In this document: positions 53,725-64,000 of the stretch, piece after piece | How the letters are laid out: each line of letters opens with the position of its first letter | Position numbering within the stretch: position 1 is the first letter of the stretch | NCBI GenBank assembly: GCA_951406725.2 | Contig: OX597814.1 | Span: 93,496,001-93,560,000, forward strand | Length of the DNA stretch: 64,000 bases | Reading direction: 5' to 3' | Origin: Octopus vulgaris | Taxonomy: Eukaryota | Made by a program: the position numbers and the translations under genes | The notes under the pieces: model-generated | Seen by the model: only the letters and a program-made list of their open reading frames with translations | Told to the model about the DNA's origin: nothing | Databases searched by the model: none

Positions 53725-54449
53725 GTATATACATATATACATAAACATAATCACACACATTGTGTTTGTTATCACGTGGCGTGTGAAATCGCTACAGTTG
53801 AATAGAAATAACCTGTAAATGTATTTATGACTAATCTAGTTTCGCCCTTTTTTTTTATCAATGTCCTCTTTGCATTGCGTGTCTCGCGTGAAGGATGAAA
53901 TAACTACAGAATAAATTACTTAGGTCTATGTAATCGACTAGTACTATTCAAGGTCTTGGTCGAATAACTGAAACTAATATAATAATACAAGAGAATATAA
54001 ACAATATATACTTACATAAATTGATCAGACAGATCAACAACTACGTCAACTTTGCGTTTTATTTCCTTTTAATTATTGCAAGGATCTGGTTGATAAGATG
54101 CAAAGAATTGCTAACTGAATTAATATCTGTATATTATTGACGAATAGTGCAATATAACAGCTCAACCATACCCATTAACAACCGGTTACAATGATCTAGA
54201 ACTGAGGAAGTTTTGTCTGCAGTGTAGCTAGAAAGTATGAAGCCGCGAACTATGCTTGAGTTTGCCTTACCCATATGCCTCGAAAAACACTACACAGTAC
54301 ACATTAATGCAAACTTTCTCCCGCCCGCAAGGAAAATGTTACTGAGATCAGTGCGAAACAATGTCCCCACTTTAGTTACGTTAATGATGATTGAATAATA
54401 TATTCAATTATTATTAAATTAGAAACAATTATTTTAAAATTAGAAAACA

Positions 54450-54684
<235 letters not shown>

Positions 54685-55947
54685 TTGAATGAGAAGCAGT
54701 GCATGCCATCAAAATGACACTGGTGTACAAATATACGAAGCCCAATATATATGCATCACAATCATATGTGCGCGACATCGTGATCTCATATCAAGATAAA
54801 CAGCGCATGACCTTGCAGATGGGGCCCAGTTAGAATTTTCTTCAGGCTGAGTATCCCATCCCGCTCAAAAGGTCCCTGAATAAAGTTTGTTTAAGGATGA
54901 TGAACGAAACGCCCATGTTTCCAAAGGTGAATTATCCAAATCTCTAAGAATTCCTTTCAACACATGGCTATGATGCTCCCCCACTACTTCTGCTCGTGCT
55001 CAGAGATGCACATATTGTCAGCCACTAAGGGACATGGTGAACTGGTTAAGGTCAAACAACTGACAAGCAAATCTGTGGTATTAAGCAGAATATTTGCTGT
55101 AGCCCATCTTTTGTACCAAGACAAAACAATGTACATGATAACACTTCCAATCAGTTAAGATCAGCAGCCATGAGAGCCACTGTCTGGTACTGCATCAGGG
55201 CATGGTACAGCATCAGTACCATTATTATTATTATAAATAATGATAATAATGATAATATCTTGTTCTAAGTCTTATCAAACAGAACTGTGTTCAAAGGAGT
55301 CCAGCTGTGACAGTCTCGTCTATTTTTTCAGTCACAATCATGATGCTCCTTTCGGGTTTTTAAAAAGCAGGTTGTGCTTTCAAGATGATTTGGCTGCTAT
55401 TTCTTGGAGACCAAATCGCGGCATTTAATCGATTCGACTGATTCTTGTGGCTGTTGTTTTGATAGAATTGAAACATCAGAATAATGAGGTTGATCATATA
55501 ACATATGACGCAGAAGAGAAGACGCCTACTCTCATCTCAGTAACAGAATGTAAAAATTTATCATGCGTTCAGCCCACCTTTTGCTAAGAAAAATAGATCA
55601 ATTATTCTTGTCAGATATAAACATATAAACACACCTACATATATATTGATACGTATTATGACACTCTTATAAACTCGAGGGGGAAAAAAATGGAAGCAAA
55701 CTAAATCTTTGAGTTCACTTTTTTTATAACTAAGAAAAACATTGAATTCTAATTTTGCTGCCCAAGTATCAGTTTGTGGGGGTGATGTAGTCGACTTCTC
55801 TGCTTATTTTATTACGCTGTTATGCCGATAGCGGAAGAATAAAAAGCGAAATCATACTGACAAGATTTCGTTTCAGAACGTTGCCAAACATCAACGATTT
55901 GTCAATTTATGCTATTCACCAGCATTCTTAGATAGAATAACGCATTT

Positions 55948-56166
55948 TTCTAATTTTAGCACAAGACCAGCATTTTATGTATTTGTGGGGAAGAGGAAGT
56001 CCGTCTACATTGACCCTATTGCTCGACTGATACCTACTTTGGCGGCTCTCAAACGATGAAAGGCAGAGTCAACATCGGCGGAATTTGGACTCAGAACGTG
56101 AAGACCAAGATGTGCCGCTAAGCATTTCGTCCGGCGTGCCATCGATTCTCCCAACTCGTTGCCTTA
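55948..56166 (-). mobile_element. SINE family A (decayed)
   Basis: gatgaaaggcagagtcaac.tcggcggaatttggactcagaacg...ctaagcatttcgtccggcgtgc. Confidence 0.7.
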
Positions 56167-57084
56167 ATAAAAATAAAATTATAAACATATTCCCACAAAC
56201 TAAAGCGTCACCTGTGTGTATGTGTATGTGTATGTGTATGTATGTATGTATGTATGTATGCATGCATGTATGTATGTGTGTATGTATGTATATATGTATG
56301 TATGTATGTATGCATGCATGTATGTATTGCGTGTATGTATGTATTTGTGTGTGTGTGTGTGTGTGTATGTGTGTGTGTGTATCCATCTATATAAATAGCA
56401 TGAACATGCAATGATTTTGGACTGGTTTTATACAGTCCACTACAGGACGTAGATCTCAGTATGTTCTCATCACTAAACGCGGAACTCATGAGGAAGGCCG
56501 TTAATTCGAGCTTGAGATCATGCTGTTTCAATGAGTTTAGCCTATACCTCTCTGCCAACCCGACATGGCTAGGCAGAGGGATACAGTTTTAAACTCTTAC
56601 TCAGGCGTAGTTAATTCGATTACATCCACCCTAGTGCTCAATTGGTCCCAACTTCACTAACCCTCAATGGATGAAAGACAAAATCAACGGAATTTGAAAT
56701 CAGGATAGACGAAATGATGTTAATCATTTCGCTCCCCGAGCTGACAATTCTGCCAGCTTGCTGCCATGCGGTAATTAATAAGTGATAATCGATAACCAAT
56801 AGCAATACCAGTTCTACTAAATTAATATTACCCCAGATCACACATTTTACATTCTTAAAATGGAAGGAAACACTAGGTAATATTTTCCGTGATATACAAA
56901 ACCTACAGGATGGTCACGCTTGGAATACTTTTTACCAGAGATCGGATCGATCAGAGCTAAACGGGGCTAAACAACTAAAGGCGTCTTAAAGTAGTAACCG
57001 AGCCTGGCTAGAAATAGTAGCTAGTGACCCCATCTCTCATAAACCACATACTATTGCCCTAACATTATGGGCACATTAGGGAAC

Positions 57085-57207
57085 GAGGAGGAAGAGACCC
57101 CTTCGGTCATGAATGACCATGGGATTGCACCTAGAAAGTTACCCTCCGAGGAACAAGTCCGGGCAAGGTTGTTTATTGAAGGCCAGCAGTCGCCCATGCA
57201 TACCAGC
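57085..57207 (-). mobile_element. 3' end of an RTE-type or RTE-mobilised retroposon
   Basis: Minus strand ...gcaatcccatggtcattcatgaccgaagggg followed by a short ctt/cct tail. Resembles RTE-type 3' ends from memory. Confidence 0.4.
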
Positions 57208-57513
57208 AATGATTTCAAAAGGATATGTAGTCCTGCCGGTTACCGTGTTTCTTCTTAAATCGGTTTTGTATGACGGCTAACCACGGCAAATGTTGGCGAT
57301 ATCCGTGTTAACATTAAGTTGCTAGGCTCTGGTAATTTTTTCTTGCTTGGTAAATCCGAGTGTTCTACTCAGGAGTCCATAGTTTCCGGAGAGTAAGTAG
57401 TAGTATTAATAATAATCAAGAGAACGCGCGTAGGTAACAAAAGAATTCTGTAAATAACTGTTAAATAGAATTACAGATGTGGAAAATCTCCGTTTCCCTG
57501 ATTAATGATTAAT

Positions 57514-57603
<90 letters not shown>

Positions 57604-58249
57604 TATGTATATATATATGATTATTCCCTGGTACGCATACACGTTTAAAGACATACATATTCAAAGAACCACACACACACACACATGCATGCATGCCATT
57701 TTATTGATCCATCCCTTACATTTTTTATGAGGGGAGAAACTATTTCCTACACGGTTACTTTATAGCAATAATAATTAAACTCAATTGTGCAGTAGTATTC
57801 AATCCATTTATTTCTTGGTAATAAAGATGATAACCCCCCACCCCATAAAATTCCAATCTCATATACGTATTTCGATATTCGCTGGATCTCTTCAGTGTGG
57901 AGACGAATATCATTATTTGCGAGAATCAAGCTAGATGCACTTTTTAAACCATAAAAAGAGAGAGGGGGAGAGAAAGAAGAAAAGAGGGAGAAGAGAGAAG
58001 CGAGAGGAGAGAGAGAGGGAGAGAGAGAGGGGGAGATAGAGTTATTATTTAAGAGAAACAAAATTTAAGTAGTTTTTTTTCTGATCGGAAAGGAAGCGAG
58101 ATTTAATAATATAATGAAAGTATTTACACACACACACACACACAAATACACAGATACATTCAAACATGCACACGCACAGACATACACAACACAAACACCC
58201 CACACACATATATACACACAGACGGTTTCTGTAGTATAGTTTCTTCATT

Positions 58250-59240
58250 AGCCAGGTGAGTTTGCCATTGCTCTTTACCAGGTTTTCCGGGTAGCTTTCG
58301 TTGTAGGGTAGAGATTTACTCTCACTATCAAGATGCTCGAAGCTAATGACTAGTTAGATCTGTTGGCGAAGTTGGAGGAAACAAAAATGTGGGTACCGCA
58401 CTTTTATCTAAATTGTAAGCAGTTCGATGTAATACCAAGACGATCTTCCGTGATGTATTTTGACTACGATCCTTAGTTAAAAATTGTCAATTTACAAAGA
58501 ATGAATAATGGTTGAAAAATTACAGTGTCTCCCAGATTAATGAAAAGAATGTTTGTTTCACTTGGAGACATTGGTATTGGTAAATCTTTGGGCAAAGATC
58601 GGAGAAGCGGAGTACGGAATTTTCATGTGCTTTTGTAAAGAAAATGTGTACAATCTGTGTAGATTAAAAAATGAAATTGCTACAGCAATATTATAGGGTG
58701 GACTGTACTATCATATTTTTTACGCCTTTTGCGATTTGAAGTCTTAGGTACCTTATCAACGTACCTTAACTTATCGTTAAAAGCACTTCTAGATAGGACA
58801 TAGTTTTTAGTATTTTGAAAAGTTCTAAATTCTTGCTCGTTAGGTATTGAAGCCTAATGGATAAGAATTTTGGCTAAGATTCTTAAAGATAGTCATGGGG
58901 TGGTCTGAGTGGAAGCAACTGGAGTGTAATTGATTTTGTGGTGTAGAGAATATAAAAGACATTTCGGCTTGGGCTGACATATAAGTTAATTCTGGTACGG
59001 TCGGTGTCCATAGAGCTACGCAATCCTTAAAGAGGGACCTATTTGTTCCAAAATATAACTCTGCTTGCGGATTATAGTTTCGCAGTTTTCGTGTTCGTCC
59101 TCTCGCTATAATCTACCTTCAATTGCAGTAAAATAAATCCTAAGGCGTTTTAGGATCTATAGGCCAACGAGGTTCCTGTTCTCTGATGAATCAATCGTTT
59201 CTATGCTTACATCGAAATCTTTAGTTAACGAGTTTCAAGT
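58250..59240 (-). pseudogene. Decayed PLE reverse transcriptase/thumb remnant
   Basis: Minus-strand remnants DSSE, SDHPMTIFKNL, NEQEF, FNDKLRY and YSPPYNIAV (WFNPPY-like) in the expected order. Confidence 0.55.
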
Positions 59241-59568
59241 GCATGAAAAATAATATCCATATCTGCACGCACCCATCTATGTATGTATGTATGTATGTAT
59301 GTATGTATGTATGTATGTATGTATGTATGTATGTATGTATGTATGTATGTATGTATGTATGTATGTATGTATGTATGTATGTATGTATGTATGTATGCAT
59401 GTATGTATGTATGTATGTATGTATGTATGTATGTCTGTATGTATGTGTATTATGTAGGCAGGTGGGTATATAGATAGATATACATATGCACTAATTTTAA
59501 CGCGGAATCTTAAAGATGTGTTGTAGTAATTTATACTTATCTATAGACTCTCTTTACTTTCTCTCTCA

Positions 59569-59605
<37 letters not shown>

Positions 59606-60406
59606 CACATTCATATATGTATATATAGATATGTATTTGTATACATTACTTTATATCTGTGTATACATATACATTCATATATATATATATATACAATATG
59701 GTGAAAGAAAAATATTCGCTATTCCTATCTTTACTTTTCGAACTGTTTGTTTATTTCTTTTTAATTATGTTACTTTAGATAAGCTATTGTACTCGGGTCA
59801 AATGTTGTTCTTTGAAGACAAGAAAATATCTTAGAGCTGTAAGTTAGATCAAACCAGACGAAGGTTTATCAAAAGCATTGTTATTTCTTTTTCTTTTCAA
59901 ATAAAGTCCTGGTGTGTATTGCTGAAATGTCTATTGATCGAGCGTATTTTGCACCGAATTACTTGTACGATGATAATGTACAATAGTAGTTGCAGAAATG
60001 GTAAATATCTGTATGCATCTTGATACGTATTAAAAGGGGGAAAATCTGCAATGACTTGGAGAAATTTCTGAATATGTAGTATATGTAGTGCAAAAGTGAT
60101 TTGTTTGGAAGTTTAAGTTATTTTGGAATTTGCAGAGTTTTAATTTATCTCGTTCTTATGGTTGAAACGAAACGTTTAATATTCAACTCCTCGGTGGAGT
60201 TTCTGCTCGGAACTCTGGAGACGTTACTAAATTTGGTCCCAGTTGAAAATGAAAGACCAGATCTATATCCGTGTGACTCAGGACGGACGTAAATAATCGT
60301 AATCAAATATTGCATTGCAATTTCTACATTTCTTCCAGTGGCAAGTAAAGTTGCTACAGATGGTAACAACAACAAAAAACAACAACAGTAGCAGCAGCAG
60401 TAACAA

Positions 60407-60741
60407 CAATCCTTTCTATTATAGGCACAAGGCCTGAAGCTTTGGTGGGGGGGGGGGGTGAAACTAGTCGCTTACATCGACCCCTGAATTGCACTGGTAC
60501 TTACTTAATTTATCGACCCCGAAAGGATGAAAGGCAAAGTCGACCTCGGCGGAATTTGAACTCAGAACGTAACGGCATACGAAATACCTATTTCTATTTC
60601 TTTACTACCCACAAGGGGCTAAACACAGAGAGGACGAACAAAGACAGACAAACGGATTAAGTCGATTACATCGACCCCAGTGCGTAACTGGTACTTATTT
60701 AATCGACCCCGAAAGTATGAAAGGCAAAGTCGACCCCGGCG
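60407..60741 (-). mobile_element. SINE family A with tandem body duplication, head lost
   Basis: Two copies of tcgaccccgaaaggatgaaaggcaaagtcgacc. Abuts a different SINE at 60742. Confidence 0.85.
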
Positions 60742-60972
60742 GTGTGTGTGTTTATGAGTGAAACACCTAAGCTCCACGCTCCGGCAGAAGGTAATGGCGA
60801 ACCTCTGCTGACTGTTTCGCCACAACTTTCTCTCATTCTTTCCTCCTACATCTTGCAGCTCACCTGCGACGGACCGGCGTCCCCTCCAGGTGGGGAACCT
60901 ATACGCCAAGAAACCGGGAAACCGGCCCTTATGAGCCAGGCATGGCTCGAGAAGGAACAAACAAACAACAAA
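60742..60972 (+). mobile_element. SINE 3' part related to family C
   Basis: gcgacggaccggcgtccc.tccagg...gaaaccgggaaaccggccc.atgagcc with (aaac)n tail. Similar to the reverse complement of 41950-42035. Confidence 0.6.
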
Positions 60973-61954
60973 CTGCAGTTATCAAGGTCGTTATACATGC
61001 ATGACTCCAGGAGTTACAACAAAACCTGAGTTAGAAAGAAAAAGAAATGATGATAATGATTTCAGATTTTGTTAGAAGGCCAGCAGTTTCGGGGAAGGGC
61101 TAAGTCGATTACATCGATAAATTCATAAGGCATGCAGACGCAATTGTTGAGATATGCTGTTTGCTGTCGCTTCTCCTATTATGTCTGAACTCATTCCATC
61201 TTCTGTACCTGCTTCTTTGTGTGTCTATTGATATTAATGTTATCTAAAATACTTTTGTTCGTACAAATTACGTGTAAGTATTCTTGGCGTCTTCTTGCCA
61301 AAAGTGCATGGAGTTTTCTTCGCACTTGTGCCATTGTTCATGGAGATGTCATTTCTCTTTTCTCTTTTCAAATTGCGAGTGTGTACGCACGCGCCTGCTA
61401 TGCAATTAGATATTCTTGTTCTTTTTTTTTCTTTGGTTTCTGTGCAGATGTATTGATTTTAAGTTATTTCCTTCGAGGGGTACGTTGCCACAGACCCGTA
61501 GCTTTCCCCAGCGAATTGAGACAAATAAATTTAAAAGAAGTTATGTTTTAAAATGTTTTTCCACTTAACTTCACAGCTTTATATATAACACATATCTAAT
61601 ACAAGACAGAAGTAAAACATCTAACTTGTATAAAAGAGAGTACACATCTTAACTCGAAACAGGAGCGATATTCAATTCATTGAACTAGGTAAGATACAAC
61701 GATAATCATAATGGAGATAATGATAAATGTGATGATGATTGTGATAATAGTAACAATCCTCTCTGCTTTAGACACAAGACCTAGAACCTGGTCGGCAGTG
61801 GGCTAGTCAATTACTTCGACCTAGTACTTAAGTGATATTTATTTCATCGAACGCGAAATTATGAAAGGCATAGCCAGCCTCATTCGAATTTGAAGAAATG
61901 CTGCTAAGCATTTTATCCGACGTGGTAACGATTCTGCCTTCAATCACCCATCAT

Positions 61955-62570
61955 ATCTACTGAGATGCGTTGGGTGGGCCATGTTGTCCGTATGGAATAT
62001 TATAGGATTTCAAAGCAGCTGCTATACGGTGAGCTGTGTACTGGAAAGCCTTGTCATCACAAACCACAAAACGATACTAAGACTGCATAAAAAGCAACCT
62101 CAAGGAACTGTGAAGAATTAGCTTCAGAAAGAACTGAGTGAAGAAAGAGTATAAGAGATGATTGTAAAACTTTGAAGAGGGTCGATTTGAGCTCGAAGGC
62201 CTAAAGCACTGGCTTCGGAGGGGCTGTCATCAGACCCTCAGTGGGAGCATAAAATGTTGAAAGTGTGAACCGTGTGACCGTGTACTCCTTTCCAAGACTA
62301 GGTATGTCAACTATCTGAAGTCTCATGAAAGATCAATTATATGCAATAACTTTCCTCCTAGGCCAGGTGATTCGATGTGAGTAGCATGTGAAATACCTTG
62401 CAAGTCAATTTCAAGTCTGAAGAGGCATGGAGGTTCACAAGGTTCATTTCTCACAAAGTGATCCACTCACTCCAATGGAAGTCACGACTTTCGTCACTCA
62501 CTGAGGCTTCAAAACATATAGATCTGCAGCGAGACTGAATTGTCATCTACGAGGTCAGAAACAAAATGTC
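61955..62570 (+). pseudogene. RTE-clade LINE 3' end with C2H2-like fingers
   Basis: MRWVGHVVRME..RISKQLLYGEL, DCIKSNLK, CEPCDRVLLSK..YLKSH, CEIPCKS..SLKRH. Confidence 0.85.
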
Positions 62571-62660
62571 AAAAATGACATTGACAACGAGGAGTAAGCT
62601 CAGAGACCACAATGATCTGTAAAGATAAAGCAGTTATAGCACCATGCACGCATGCACACA

Positions 62661-62761
<101 letters not shown>

Positions 62762-63142
62762 ACACACGCGTACACACGCGCACACACATATGTATAAATA
62801 ATTTTATGGACTAATGGGTATATATGAATTAGTGAGTCGAGAAAAGCACGTTCAAAATTTGGGCTACCCGATGTCATGTACGGTTAAGGTATATTTTCGC
62901 TGGATCTACGTCCGGAATTCCGCGATGTTAGGTGAGATGATAATAATTAATGAGGAAAACGGAAGATAGATTTAGCACTAGTCTTTGATGCTGCACAATT
63001 AGATGCACAAAATCCTACCCATAACGGACAGTGGTAAGATGGGCCGAAACGATCGTCGTACTGAATGAAGACTAGTACTAAATCTACCTTCCGTTTCCTC
63101 TATCAATTATTATTATTATCATTATTATTATTATTACACACA

Positions 63143-63195
<53 letters not shown>

Positions 63196-63965
63196 ACACA
63201 GATACACACACACAAGAACAGGGTGTACGAAACGTCCTGAAAATTGACTGACAAAGCGTCATGCATATCTAAAGAATTCGAATGTTTAGGGTAATAACCT
63301 GGAGAAAAAAGTGATTTGTGAGTTTTCTTAGTTGATCGATAGTTTTACTTTCCACAAAGCATTGGCTGAATGAGGAAGAGAAACCGACAACGAAAGTAAA
63401 CGCTTTCAGTAGATACATAAAAGCCTTATTGATGGTATAGGGATAAAAATATAAAGTATTTGGGTAAGTTTTGTATTTTGTATGCAAAGTTATGTCTCAG
63501 TTTCAAATATTTCGTTTCAATAAAATGATTTTCATACTGCCGGATTTAGACATGTTTGGCAAGTGATTTGATCTAAGATTATAAGTAAAAAGTGAAACAA
63601 TTACAGCCTGGAAGAGTGATGATAACAATTTAAAATACTCATACACTGTCATAGTCACACTTTCTGGTGATTGTACTATATAGCCTGATGCGTCAAAAGG
63701 AATTTCATTCTACATCTACGACCTGGTCATTGACACAGAAATGGCTGATCACATACAAAAATTACTAAAACAATTGCCATCTATATGACGCCAATTTTCA
63801 CATTAATTAGAACGTGGATGGAAAATTTCTGTCGGCACAAATAAAAAAAGAAATCAATCGCAATGGAATGATGATTAATCAATACTGTTTAACCTCACTA
63901 TACTTAGTAATGACTTTAGAGACGAATATATTTGTAAAAGTTTGAAGACCGAGATACGATACACG

Positions 63966-64000
<35 letters not shown>

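Noticed and set aside
54990-55075. HDV-like ribozyme on the minus strand (ttgtcagt/gctgacaa pairing around tccctta)
   Set aside because: No GG for P1.1 and no P2 partner or catalytic C context could be assigned.
59183-59220. CTGATGA...GAAA as a hammerhead
   Set aside because: No stem II or stem I pairing. It is the antisense of the DSSE codons of a PLE RT remnant.

Overview
AT-rich, microsatellite-saturated animal genomic DNA, intronic or intergenic. The repeat families resemble those I recall from Octopus/coleoid cephalopods; this is an inference, not a database result. I found no supportable host protein-coding exon, and almost all ORF-track entries are microsatellite translations. The window is a mosaic of decayed transposons: tRNA-derived SINEs (at least 3 families), RTE LINE fragments, an R4/Dong-type LINE inserted in (TAA)n, a full-length dead mariner, a truncated Tc1, two non-autonomous Helitrons, several Penelope-like element (PLE) fragments and two minisatellites. 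The most notable hidden signal is a dense set of minimal type-I hammerhead ribozyme (HHR) motifs: 4 with an intact core and about 6 degenerate. Most sit in fold-back (inverted-duplication) elements. One is a tRNA-headed, (AAT)n-spaced, HHR-bearing SINE-like unit present as a head-to-head palindrome (5482-6402). Its predicted 3' cleavage product also occurs alone as an insertion inside an RTE endonuclease ORF (51763-51843). Boundaries of degenerate repeats are approximate.
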